A stretch of DNA of 20,000 nucleotides from the IMG/VR virus record IMGVR_UViG_3300025141_016052; one strand, given 5' to 3'. Shown piece by piece: positions 1-9,967 of this stretch. Position numbers and translations under genes: made by a program. The notes below the pieces were generated by a model. The model did not search any database. It had not been told where the DNA came from and worked only from the letters and a program-made list of their open reading frames with translations. Position 1 is the stretch's first letter. Every line of letters starts with the position of its first letter. This DNA is from an uncultured virus (IMG/VR IMGVR_UViG_3300025141_016052) (taxonomy: Duplodnaviria; Heunggongvirae; Uroviricota; Caudoviricetes).

Positions 1-2
1 CA

Positions 3-896
3 AAGGGAGCTTACTCAATTTCACTAGATGCAAATATGAATATTCCAAGTAGTGACGCTGACAGGGTAAAGACAACATTTGATGAGCTGGGTCTTTCCGA
101 GCTATTTGGTGAAGACATAGATTCGATTAAGGATAATTTTGATAAAATAGCAATCTTTAATGTTAAAAGACTCGATGTAAATTCAGGAATAGAGCATGAT
201 CTTGGGCTTAAGTCAACTGGAAAGTTTACTGATGCTGGAGATTCATCAAGAGGAATACCAGCACCTTCTTCTGGTGGGGAATATTTGTATAAATTTGAAG
301 CATTTGTTAGAACACCCGCTCAGGTAATTAAAGAAACAGAGTCAACACAGACAGCACGAAATACGTCTAATATAAATTCACTTCCATCCATAGAGCTTGG
401 AAGATCAAAAAGCTCATCAGCCACAGACACTAATCCAAACTATAGTGAAAAATTTACATCACCCACTGTCCTAAGGTCTTCTACAATGTCCTATGGAAGC
501 GCTCTATCTTCAAGACATTCTGAAAATACATTTGAACTAGGCAGAACGGGAGTAATAAAGACAGTAACTGTGTCTACACCTATAGTTTCTCCGTCTGTTA
601 GAAGTTTAAATAAAATTAGAGTAAATAAGAAGAATGAGGCAATTTTAACGTGGTCTGTGTCTAGTGAAGGTCATAAAATTGATCATTTTATAATTTTAGC
701 AAAGAGAAGCGGTGTAACTATTCCTGTCGGGACACATCACTCAGCATCAAGAAATTTAGGATTTACATATGTAGATAGGAGCCAGATGAGAATTATAGGA
801 AAGGTTGACTATAGTATTGTGCCCGTATATCTGGACTATAGTCAGGGAGAACCTGTTAGAATTGGATCTGTAACTATAGGAGGAAATGCAACATGA
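3..896 (+). CDS. 5'-truncated putative virion structural protein with C-terminal fibronectin type III / Ig-like domain
   Basis: The frame of the 36..896 ORF is open back to position 3 (KGAYSISLDAN-M), so the true start probably lies upstream of the window. The C-terminus has an Fn3-like pattern (ILTWS...IDHFII...FTYVD...VDYSIVPV). The TGA stop overlaps the next ATG (ATGA 893-896). Confidence 0.6.
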   Translation, partial: KGAYSISLDANMNIPSSDADRVKTTFDELGLSELFGEDIDSIKDNFDKIAIFNVKRLDVNSGIEHDLGLKSTGKFTDAGDSSRGIPAPSSGGEYLYKFEAFVRTPAQVIKETESTQTARNTSNINSLPSIELGRSKSSSATDTNPNYSEKFTSPTVLRSSTMSYGSALSSRHSENTFELGRTGVIKTVTVSTPIVSPSVRSLNKIRVNKKNEAILTWSVSSEGHKIDHFIILAKRSGVTIPVGTHHSASRNLGFTYVDRSQMRIIGKVDYSIVPVYLDYSQGEPVRIGSVTIGGNAT

Positions 897-3800
897 CGTG
901 GACTGTAGATATGCAGCATACTGAGATCAACATACAGTCTCAGAAATTTGAACCAGTTGATACTTCTCGTCTTACTGTGGCTGAATCATCTTCAGCCTTT
1001 GTGCCTACGAATCCCAATGTCAATCTAGCGGATGCAATGCAAACCATAGACGAGATTATTGAATCAAGAGAAAGTCTTATGAGGACAGGTGCGGTGTATC
1101 CAACAACAGGATATCCACTAGAATCAGAAACATCTTCTCAATCTGCCCCAAGTCAGTCAAGTACCATCTCTATTGAGGGCTCTGTTGATTTTATAGACGC
1201 ATCAGATGATATATTCAACACACTTACAAGCCCGGCTCAGTCTGTAGGTGTTTCAGCATCTTCTCCTGAGATAATTGGAACTTTTGACTTCGTCCCTCTA
1301 TATTCTGAAATATTCCCACACAAGAATGAAAACGTTTCAAATGCGCTTTATCAGAATGTCATGCTTGGATCATTTACTTCAGAGGCAGCTAGAAATTGTC
1401 TTGTTAAGCTCTTATCAAATGAGGACGGAGCTTCAGATACGATAATTTCTTCTCTTGCAGGTGACATATCTTTTGAATCATATAGCGATCTAAAGTCTGG
1501 ATTTGCACACATGTGCAGATTTGCATACTTTGTTAGGTTATTCTCAGCAAGAACCTGGTACGCAAACGATGACTCTAGCTCCATGGCGAAAGTATATTTA
1601 ATGTTTAACGACATAAGGGATGCCCTAGATGTCACGACCTCTAATGCGACGTCGACGCAGTCATACTGGTCTACCACGGCCAAGTATAACGGATACAATG
1701 CAGAACTTGTAGAAGATCCCCAGAGAGACACATATTCAAACCCATTCAAGCATTCTAATCTCGACTCAATGTCAGATGTCTTTACAACTATCTTATGTCT
1801 TAGTGATAGTCAAATTGCTGCATCCTCAAACACAGCTCTCATAGGGCAGATTATTAGAGATATTAGAAAAAGTGTAGTTGACATATGCCCGTCTAGCTAC
1901 GGCTCCGCAGTTAACGAGGGATGGTCACAAAGAGGGTCCGGTGAAGCGACATATGGAAAATACACAGTTATGGATGATACATCCAGCCAGTTTGACTCAA
2001 TAGTAACAGGTCTTAATTATTTAAACCTGTCTTCGGGCGTAACAACTGATGAAAATGAAGTTGACTATCTATCTCAGGATGACTATGATTTATTTATAGA
2101 ATCTCTATCAGGTACAACTCAGCAGATTAGCTACCTTGTTCATCTATGTCATGCAATTAATAGAGATATAAATCTATCTTTTCTTAAGCGTGTCCCATGG
2201 GTCTCTGATAAGTTTAAAGAAATAACATCAGAGACTCTACCTGAGAATCCATCGGCTGACCTAATAGTCAATCAGACTATCGGACAAATTGGAGGAGATC
2301 TAACGTCAACAAGCCCAGAGTCTGAGTCTATTGCATCTCTTTTAAATCCACATATAACACAAAATGATGTAGATTACAAAGTTCTCTCACTTGAGAGATT
2401 TGCAGTAGATTCATCGTATAGCACAGGTGCAAGCACTATCATCTCTGGATTTGATGTATTTTCAGGAGACCTGATATCAGAAATTGAAAAATCAAGAGCA
2501 GGAGGTGGAATGGGTCTCGATGTAGACCATGATAGCACTGCATTTGTTCAATTTGCATATGACTTTTATAACAAATCCAATCAGCTAAGAGCTATGATCC
2601 CACCTCTTATTGGTGGGTCTAGAGGCTCAAATTCACTTTGGAAAAGCACCTTACGTCATCTTGCATACTATATTAAAAAGCAGGAGCTTTGGGGGTCTCC
2701 AGAAGGATCAGACCTCTCAGTTCTTGCTGAAGACCTGGACGGGCTGGCTAGGACCGTAACAGATTTTAATGTAGGTGCTTCAGATGAGTATGAGAACATT
2801 AGATTTGGAATATTTGGGCTTGCTGGATCAGACAGCCACGTCGGCTATCTATTGACAAAATATCTTGACCTAAGAAGACTTGCTAAAAATATGGACGTAA
2901 TTCCGTCCTCTCCACATGAAGCATTTGAAGAAGGGGGAACAAAAATAGACTACCTGGAAAACGTCTATACACAATTTGCCAGTGCTGCAAGAGAGCTTGC
3001 AGAGTATGTATACAACGCTGGATACATGTCAGAAGAAGATCCGTCATCAGTCCTTTCATCTCTCGTTGGCAACTGCGACGAGATTGACATCACAGTCAGT
3101 GTCAAAGATGAATTTATAAACTCAGACCACTTCTGGTACGGAAATAGTGAAATAATTCATGTAGAGCAATACACACGGGACGGGTGGACCACTTCAGACA
3201 TTGTTGCATCTGACTTGATATCCAATCTAGATGTTCTTGAGACACGAATAGGTCATGCACTATTGACATTTCCAGGAGAGGACTCTTGGAGCATATTTGA
3301 CCTTCCTCACATGATATTGTCATCAGTGTATACAGACCTGACTACACACAATCTTGTAAATGAGGACAGCACGGCAATAATAGAGGGAATGCAGCTAATT
3401 GACAATGACTGGGATAGAATTTATCAGGCAAGAGGGGAGGGAAACTTTATTGGAGGCCAATCTCTAGAAGGTCAAGAGATAACAACTAAATTCTCATTTG
3501 AGGGAGAAATTGTCGGAATAACGACAGACTATCGTGGGTGGAGCGACGACTTAAGAAGAAGGGCAATTACCTTTATAATTAGTGAAATTATAAAAGATTC
3601 AGTTAACTTTTTAAAGATCGTTCCCGTTTCTAATATTGAGGTTACAGTAGATTCTGCATTTTCAACCTCCATGGATATAGACTCGCCCGGAGGAGGTGGA
3701 AGCAGGGATGACGAAAATCGCTACGGCTGGAGCCCACCAGTGTCTCCTGATCTAGGCGATACCTGGGAGACACATCCCGGATCTCCAGCACCAGGAGTAA

Positions 3801-5839
3801 AGACGACATCAGATGCTGTATATCAAGTGAACTATGCAGGTTTTGAGACTGTTGCATCAAACACTTCTACTATTGGCGGATATGTTACAGTAAGCGTTTT
3901 AGTAGATATTAATAAGAGAAACCTTACAGAGGTACTTGCAGCGTGTAGTGAGATCATAGATGACGACGTTTTATCAGATGAATCAATCTCTCAGGTTAAA
4001 TCTGCTTGGGATAATGGTGACTACTATAATACTCATAAGACGCTTGACGCAGTGGACTACACACTGATGGGTCAGTTCTTTAAGACACAAGCTCTTTGTG
4101 AGTGGCTCAAGTCTTTTGGGACAGAAATGAACAATTTCGCTGTATCAATTGTAGATACAGCTTCTGGTAAAGATATGTCTAAATTAGTCTCTATGATATC
4201 GGTTATGTCTGAAAATGCTTCGCTAAATGAAGACAGTTCAGGACTATCAGCTGATGACATAAGGTCAGCAATGTGGTCCACAACGATGTTTCCTGAATCT
4301 CTTTCAACATATCAGATGCTTGCAAGATCTATGTCTACGATAACAAACGCAGGACTTTGGGAAGAAGCTGTAGCTAGTGCTGGAGAAAAATCATCAATAC
4401 CAAGCTCTAGATCTCTAATGATACCTTCATGTGAGATAGTTGATGGTCTTTTTCTTTCATATCGTTTGATTCCATCTTTGAGATACATGACAGCTCCAGG
4501 TCGAGAGCAAGATCACGCTTATACTCTAGGTGGACCACAGAGTATGACGACCTCTAAGATGGATCCCATAGCAGTAAATGGAGATCCATCTGATAGTAGA
4601 ATGCAAATATTTACTATAGGTCTCCCGGTAGGATTTACAGAGATGCTAAGGGAAAATGCATCAGAGCTAAGTGCTGTAACTGGAGATGACTATTCACCTG
4701 ATAGCTATTCAGCGAGTCCGATGGTATGCATAAGAATATTTAAGAAAGATCTTGACAAGGGTGATATAATATATAAGCCAAAATCATTTGTATTTGACAC
4801 AAGGATCTATCATAAGGATAGAATATCATCAGACTCAGGAGATATTCACGGAGACTTTACTAGTGATCTAGTATCTAGTGCCGGAATTTCTGATATATTT
4901 TCTACAAGTGAGACGTATTCACTTGGTGCATCAAGTGAACCGTTCATACCCGAGTCAGTTTCAGTTAGTGATACATCAGTTATGAGCGGAATTGTACCTA
5001 ATGATCGTTCATATGGGCTAGTATCAGAATTTAATGATCTCTATGATGAAATACCGTTTAGTGTGTCACTAGTTCCGCCAATAAGGGGATACACCATCCA
5101 GACGCATGTCCTCTCCACCGACACCACGAATTCAGACAGCCTGGACAACAGCTTAACACTCAATTCACTATACCCAGAATCATCAACTGATCACATAAAG
5201 AAAAATCACATGCAAGATCTCTTTCTTAAGAAGTACCTAAAGACCCTCTTGGGAATAGATGTAAGTGAAAAATCTTTTCAACTATTTAAAAAAGGAACTT
5301 CAATACTTTCAGATGGAGATGGAGCAGGTCTGGGAACAGGGCTTAGTGACTATGAGCTCATCGACGAGGTCCTAGATACATCCAGTGACCACAAACTATC
5401 AGATGAATATCCCGGAGATGGTGAGATTACAAGCTATAGACTGAGTATACTAAAGATGATTCAATACGGAATTGAGAATAATATTTTAGGAGATTTTGAT
5501 GTAAGCTCAGAAACTGCAAACAATATTATATCAAAGCTTAGACAGTCAAGTCTATTTTCTGCAGAAAAATATTTTAACCAGGCATTTCTTCCAAAAATAT
5601 TTGAAAGAGTATTTTGCATACTTATTGATCCTGATGGTTTCGACATTGACGAGGAGGCATCTGCTGAAAATGGAGTTGAGTCATTTGGTGAAATTCAAGA
5701 TGATTCAATAATATGGTCGTATAAGTCAGATGTTGCATCATTTTTTGCAACAGCTGAGATACTTCCAGTAACATATGACGACGGACTTGATATTACGATA
5801 TCGAATGCGTTTTACACATCGGGGGTGAAGAATGTCTAG
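893..5839 (+). CDS. Large (1648 aa) acidic, Ser/Asp-rich hypothetical protein, probably virion structural
   Basis: Uninterrupted 4.9-kb ORF with SD AGGAGG at 878-883, ATGA coupling to the upstream gene and an 8-bp overlap with the downstream gene. No enzyme motif recognised; the structural role is inferred from context only. Confidence 0.6.
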   Translation: MTWTVDMQHTEINIQSQKFEPVDTSRLTVAESSSAFVPTNPNVNLADAMQTIDEIIESRESLMRTGAVYPTTGYPLESETSSQSAPSQSSTISIEGSVDFIDASDDIFNTLTSPAQSVGVSASSPEIIGTFDFVPLYSEIFPHKNENVSNALYQNVMLGSFTSEAARNCLVKLLSNEDGASDTIISSLAGDISFESYSDLKSGFAHMCRFAYFVRLFSARTWYANDDSSSMAKVYLMFNDIRDALDVTTSNATSTQSYWSTTAKYNGYNAELVEDPQRDTYSNPFKHSNLDSMSDVFTTILCLSDSQIAASSNTALIGQIIRDIRKSVVDICPSSYGSAVNEGWSQRGSGEATYGKYTVMDDTSSQFDSIVTGLNYLNLSSGVTTDENEVDYLSQDDYDLFIESLSGTTQQISYLVHLCHAINRDINLSFLKRVPWVSDKFKEITSETLPENPSADLIVNQTIGQIGGDLTSTSPESESIASLLNPHITQNDVDYKVLSLERFAVDSSYSTGASTIISGFDVFSGDLISEIEKSRAGGGMGLDVDHDSTAFVQFAYDFYNKSNQLRAMIPPLIGGSRGSNSLWKSTLRHLAYYIKKQELWGSPEGSDLSVLAEDLDGLARTVTDFNVGASDEYENIRFGIFGLAGSDSHVGYLLTKYLDLRRLAKNMDVIPSSPHEAFEEGGTKIDYLENVYTQFASAARELAEYVYNAGYMSEEDPSSVLSSLVGNCDEIDITVSVKDEFINSDHFWYGNSEIIHVEQYTRDGWTTSDIVASDLISNLDVLETRIGHALLTFPGEDSWSIFDLPHMILSSVYTDLTTHNLVNEDSTAIIEGMQLIDNDWDRIYQARGEGNFIGGQSLEGQEITTKFSFEGEIVGITTDYRGWSDDLRRRAITFIISEIIKDSVNFLKIVPVSNIEVTVDSAFSTSMDIDSPGGGGSRDDENRYGWSPPVSPDLGDTWETHPGSPAPGVKTTSDAVYQVNYAGFETVASNTSTIGGYVTVSVLVDINKRNLTEVLAACSEIIDDDVLSDESISQVKSAWDNGDYYNTHKTLDAVDYTLMGQFFKTQALCEWLKSFGTEMNNFAVSIVDTASGKDMSKLVSMISVMSENASLNEDSSGLSADDIRSAMWSTTMFPESLSTYQMLARSMSTITNAGLWEEAVASAGEKSSIPSSRSLMIPSCEIVDGLFLSYRLIPSLRYMTAPGREQDHAYTLGGPQSMTTSKMDPIAVNGDPSDSRMQIFTIGLPVGFTEMLRENASELSAVTGDDYSPDSYSASPMVCIRIFKKDLDKGDIIYKPKSFVFDTRIYHKDRISSDSGDIHGDFTSDLVSSAGISDIFSTSETYSLGASSEPFIPESVSVSDTSVMSGIVPNDRSYGLVSEFNDLYDEIPFSVSLVPPIRGYTIQTHVLSTDTTNSDSLDNSLTLNSLYPESSTDHIKKNHMQDLFLKKYLKTLLGIDVSEKSFQLFKKGTSILSDGDGAGLGTGLSDYELIDEVLDTSSDHKLSDEYPGDGEITSYRLSILKMIQYGIENNILGDFDVSSETANNIISKLRQSSLFSAEKYFNQAFLPKIFERVFCILIDPDGFDIDEEASAENGVESFGEIQDDSIIWSYKSDVASFFATAEILPVTYDDGLDITISNAFYTSGVKNV

Positions 5840-7874
5840 TATTTTATCAGATCTTGATGACTTTATAGAAAGCTACGGCTACTCTTCTTTACCTAGCAAG
5901 GGAGTGAATAAGTCTTCAATACCGATTCCAGATGATGTTACAGGAGAGTTTATATACAACTATTTTGTAAAAGATGAGACAACATCAAGGGTTGTTGAGG
6001 TAAATGGGACTTCACTAACATCGTTTACAACAGTCAGTTCAGATGCGTCAGACACGGAAATACTTGAAGCTCTTGCTACATATGATGTTCCTAGATTTAA
6101 TAGAATCACATGGACACCGCAGATTGTCGAGTCTAAAAATCCAGTTGCCTTTGATGCTGGCGAGGAGACAAGGACTACTTTTGATTTTTCGATATCTGAA
6201 AACGTTGCAAATATTCTCTTTGAAGAAGTTATGACTAGTAATCAGTATTCAGGAGTAAGCTTTGAAGATGGTGATGGAATTTCAAAACTTGCAGAAGTTG
6301 CAAAAGTTGCAATTGGATCTTCTGACACACTGTACCCTTTTTCAACAACAGAGACGTCTTCTGAATCTTCTGATTCAAATCTAGATATTGTCAATTCATA
6401 CATTGAAGCAATGACTGGAGACAGTATTCTTGATAAAACTTCGAAAGAGATGCTAAGAAGTGCCCTCGGCAGCTATCAGTCACTAGGCGAATATAGCTTT
6501 TCAAATCAATTTGAAGAGACAGAAAGTTCACTCAATAGTGATATAAGCGAAAGTTCACTTTCAATTGATGTAGGTTCGTCTATCAGCAATGTACTTGCAG
6601 GGATGTGCTCGAATGCCTGGTCTCAGGATGGTGGAAGCACATACTTTGAGGAAATAACATCAATCAAGGGAATAATGGAGCAAATAACGGGATATACACT
6701 TACAGATGGAAATATGGGAACAGTGTCAGATGTTGATTATGATATTAGCGGAACACCTGTTACTTATAGAGTTTCTGAGAGCATGGGTGGTCAAACAACA
6801 GCTGAACAGTATAATTCACAAGTTGTTGGATATCTTATTGAAAAATTTGAATTTGATGGATCAGGAGGCATACTTCAATTCGATCCAATTATTGTTGAAA
6901 ATCCGGATGTTAGCAATGTCATAGATCCAAATATAATGTTTGGAAAGGGGTATAAGTACAGGGTTAGAACGATAGTATACTCTGAATTTAGTGCAATTAA
7001 TACATACCCTGGAAACGAATCAAGAAATCAAGAAGTCGTAGTTGGAATGCTGATAGCTTCGAGGCCAAGCGCTTCAGTCTCAACTATCTGTCTTGAGAAA
7101 ATTGCACCAAAGCCACCAGCTGATATAGACTTTACATACAATAGCACAGATTCTTCTGTCAGTATTACCTGGTCGTTTCCGATTAATAGACAGAGAGACA
7201 TTAAGCAATTTAGAGTATTTAAGAGAAGCTCAATAAGTGATCCATACTCACTTATCAAGGGCTATTTCTTTGATGACTCAACCACACTTACAAGCACATC
7301 AGAGATACCATACCCTTCACTTCTTGTTGAGTCTCCAAATTCAAGATTAAGCGGTGCTCTAATTCAGGTTGTCGATTTTCCAAATACAATGTTTAAAGAT
7401 AGTAACTTTGATTTCAATGGAAAAAATATATACGCACTAACATCTGTAGACGCTAGGGGTATGAGCTCAAATTATTCACAACAGTTTGAAGTTACTTATG
7501 ATAAATTTACAGGAAGATTAAATGTAAAATATCTTTCTAGGTCTGGTGCACCGATCCCGTATCCAAATCTTTATTTAAAGAATGACTTATTTGTCGACAC
7601 AATTAAGACATCTGGGTTTAATCAAATGACAGTATATTTTGACCCAGAATATCTTAGTGTGATCAATAGTGACTCTGAAACAGAAGAAGACATAGTCTCA
7701 ACAGATGATGAAAATCCATCCTATAAAATATCAATGATAAACCTAGACAATCAGAAATCTAAAAATCTAGATATTTATGTTAAAGATATTAGAAATACCA
7801 CTATTTCAGAACTTGAGGGTGTCGAATATGAAGTAACCACAAGGGTTGCAACACTAATAGATACATCAACATGA
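5832..7874 (+). CDS. Putative virion structural protein (680 aa) with two Fn3-like domains
   Basis: SD-like GGGGGTG at 5821-5827. Acidic N-terminal half. Fn3-like signatures VVGYLIEK...IDPNIMFGKGYKYRVRT and APKPPADIDF...VSITWSFP...FRVFKR...FKDSNF...YALTSVDARGMSSNYS. Confidence 0.62.
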   Translation: MSSILSDLDDFIESYGYSSLPSKGVNKSSIPIPDDVTGEFIYNYFVKDETTSRVVEVNGTSLTSFTTVSSDASDTEILEALATYDVPRFNRITWTPQIVESKNPVAFDAGEETRTTFDFSISENVANILFEEVMTSNQYSGVSFEDGDGISKLAEVAKVAIGSSDTLYPFSTTETSSESSDSNLDIVNSYIEAMTGDSILDKTSKEMLRSALGSYQSLGEYSFSNQFEETESSLNSDISESSLSIDVGSSISNVLAGMCSNAWSQDGGSTYFEEITSIKGIMEQITGYTLTDGNMGTVSDVDYDISGTPVTYRVSESMGGQTTAEQYNSQVVGYLIEKFEFDGSGGILQFDPIIVENPDVSNVIDPNIMFGKGYKYRVRTIVYSEFSAINTYPGNESRNQEVVVGMLIASRPSASVSTICLEKIAPKPPADIDFTYNSTDSSVSITWSFPINRQRDIKQFRVFKRSSISDPYSLIKGYFFDDSTTLTSTSEIPYPSLLVESPNSRLSGALIQVVDFPNTMFKDSNFDFNGKNIYALTSVDARGMSSNYSQQFEVTYDKFTGRLNVKYLSRSGAPIPYPNLYLKNDLFVDTIKTSGFNQMTVYFDPEYLSVINSDSETEEDIVSTDDENPSYKISMINLDNQKSKNLDIYVKDIRNTTISELEGVEYEVTTRVATLIDTST

Positions 7875-7901
7875 GAATTATTTTACCAGTATACATAGTG
7901 A

Positions 7902-7923
7902 ATTGTATATTTACAATCAGGAG
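7902..7923 (+). promoter_or_regulatory. Candidate late-type promoter (TATTTA 7908-7913, within inverted repeat ATTGTA-N4-TACAAT) plus SD AGGAG (7919-7923)
   Basis: Lies in the 55-bp intergenic gap, the largest in the window. The same TATTTA hexamer precedes ORF 14547. The SD is 6 nt upstream of ATG 7930. Confidence 0.4.
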
Positions 7924-7929
7924 TAAGAA

Positions 7930-8634
7930 ATGGGCTTTTTAGACCACAGCACCAATAATATTATTTTGGATGCAGTTTTAACAGATACAGGAAGACAGCT
8001 ATTATCAAGAAATGACGGATCTTTTTCAATTGTGAAGTACGCTTTATCTGATGACGAAGTTGACTATTCTGTTATTAAAAAATTTGGAAGAACAGTCGGT
8101 AAAGAAAAGATAGAAAAAAATACACCTGTATTTGAAGCAGTTACAACAGGGAATATTGCACAGAAGTATAAGCTTAGAAGTATATCTGTTCCAAATCTTG
8201 TGAGACTTCCATCACTTGGCTTGACTGGTGTAACTTCTGACACTGTTTCATTAAATATTGTTAATACAAGGAGCTCATCTGTAACCGTTGAACAGTCAAT
8301 CGGAGGAGATCAAATAGTTCCTGTTGAGCTAATCGATCAGGTTTTTCAAGTTAGGGTAAATAATCTATTTTTACAGATATCTGGCCAGAGACCTGTCTCA
8401 ATTGATCAGGAAAATATTGCAACATACTTAATCTCAAGAGCATCAACACTAAATACGGTTACAAATGGATCTAGCATTACAATGACCGTTCAAGTCAAGT
8501 CATCCCTAACAACAACAATGTTTAGCACATATGGCATAGCTGGAGACAAGACTAAAATTAGATCATATATCTCTGTTGCAGGTGTACAATCTGGTGCAGT
8601 TAAGGATTTTCTTGTTGAAGTTAGCAAGACATAG
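7930..8634 (+). CDS. Putative baseplate/tail-associated structural protein (234 aa)
   Basis: Good SD. The N-terminus DAVLTDTGRQLLSRNDGSFSIVKYALSDDEVDY resembles the LTxxGrxxla...itkfAxGD start of phage tail-collar/fibre-attachment (DUF3751-like) domains. The remainder looks beta-strand-rich. Confidence 0.6.
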   Translation: MGFLDHSTNNIILDAVLTDTGRQLLSRNDGSFSIVKYALSDDEVDYSVIKKFGRTVGKEKIEKNTPVFEAVTTGNIAQKYKLRSISVPNLVRLPSLGLTGVTSDTVSLNIVNTRSSSVTVEQSIGGDQIVPVELIDQVFQVRVNNLFLQISGQRPVSIDQENIATYLISRASTLNTVTNGSSITMTVQVKSSLTTTMFSTYGIAGDKTKIRSYISVAGVQSGAVKDFLVEVSKT

Positions 8635-8654
8635 AATATAATAGGAAATAGAAT

Positions 8655-9947
8655 ATGGCAGTATATAAGGAAATTTCTGCAGCTGATATTAAGACCAGCA
8701 GGTCAGTATTAAATCAGCTTGTCGATATTATTCAAGAAGACATCTCTGGTTCAACAACGAGAAAGAAGTATCAAGTCTTTGTAACAGGCGGAGTTGGACC
8801 AGGAGTGACATCATCTCTGTTTCAGACAGTTTATGATCAAGACTACACCCTTCAGACAGCAAATCCTGTATTTGACATATCATATGGAACATACTCAGGA
8901 AGCAGTGCAGTTGCTGGATCGTCTACCGGGCAAGATAGCGCAGGAAAGCTTCTATTTCCATCTTCATCTCTCATGATGAGAGAGAAGATAAATGTCTATA
9001 GACAGTTTTCACAGCTACTTTTAGGAGATGCTTCATATCAGTTTGCATCACCGTTTACAACAACTCAACCTGTGACATCAAACGGGATTGATCACGCATT
9101 ATTCTTTACATTTAAGAGACTGTTTTCTCGTGACAAGGTTAAGCGTGAAACGTTTGCAATGAAATTCTATCAGTCTGCATCTAGGGCACCTGGTGACCCA
9201 ACAGCATCTGGTCAATCTGCAGCATCTGGAAACATGGGACCAAACATTAATCTACCAACTGTCTCTGGATCTGCAATATTTACTGATATCGGATCAGCAG
9301 CAGCAAAAGAGACATCAATAGGTGGAGAGGTAGGAAATCTTGTTGACTCTGCAAATACAGATAGAAATGTAGGACTTCTATTCTATGATCATGGAATCGG
9401 AATACTTGATGTTGAGAAGGTTATATCTGCATCTCAAAAAGCTTCGGGTGTTATAGATGCTATGACAAATGCTGCATACAATTCAATCCCTGCAGGTCAG
9501 ACAATAATTGGCTATGGTCCAATGCATCCAAATGCAGGTGATAGTATACACGGAAGAGGAAACAATAATGCAAAGTTTGTTCCAGATTTCGTTGTATCTG
9601 CATCTATGGATAACATACTTGATCACTTTGCATCTGTTAGATTTCAGTCTGGATCACTTACAGCAATAACATTTCAAAATGTCACAAACATTAACTCTAC
9701 ACTTGTTTTTTGCAGGGCTACATCTGATGAGTTTAACTACTCGTCAAATCCAACTGCAACTGATTCAACTGGAAGATTGAACGTTATAGATGACGGTGAG
9801 GAGCTCACACAAAGAACATTCTCCTTTGTTACAACAATAGGGTTGTATGATGGAAGAAGTAATCTATTGGCTGTTGCAAAGCTCAGTAGACCGGTTGAAA
9901 AGAATGATGAGAAGGACCTGACGTTCAGGATTAGGCTTGACTTCTAG
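8655..9947 (+). CDS. Putative baseplate/tail-associated structural protein (430 aa)
   Basis: SD AGGA at 8643-8646. The C-terminus EFNYSSNPT...FVTTIGLYDGRSNLLAVAKLSRPVEK...FRIRLDF resembles the IGLyDxxgxLxAvA end of tail-collar-like domains. Paralogous to the C-terminus of the next gene. Confidence 0.62.
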   Translation: MAVYKEISAADIKTSRSVLNQLVDIIQEDISGSTTRKKYQVFVTGGVGPGVTSSLFQTVYDQDYTLQTANPVFDISYGTYSGSSAVAGSSTGQDSAGKLLFPSSSLMMREKINVYRQFSQLLLGDASYQFASPFTTTQPVTSNGIDHALFFTFKRLFSRDKVKRETFAMKFYQSASRAPGDPTASGQSAASGNMGPNINLPTVSGSAIFTDIGSAAAKETSIGGEVGNLVDSANTDRNVGLLFYDHGIGILDVEKVISASQKASGVIDAMTNAAYNSIPAGQTIIGYGPMHPNAGDSIHGRGNNNAKFVPDFVVSASMDNILDHFASVRFQSGSLTAITFQNVTNINSTLVFCRATSDEFNYSSNPTATDSTGRLNVIDDGEELTQRTFSFVTTIGLYDGRSNLLAVAKLSRPVEKNDEKDLTFRIRLDF

Positions 9948-9967
9948 TCCTGGCTGGGAGCTAGTCA

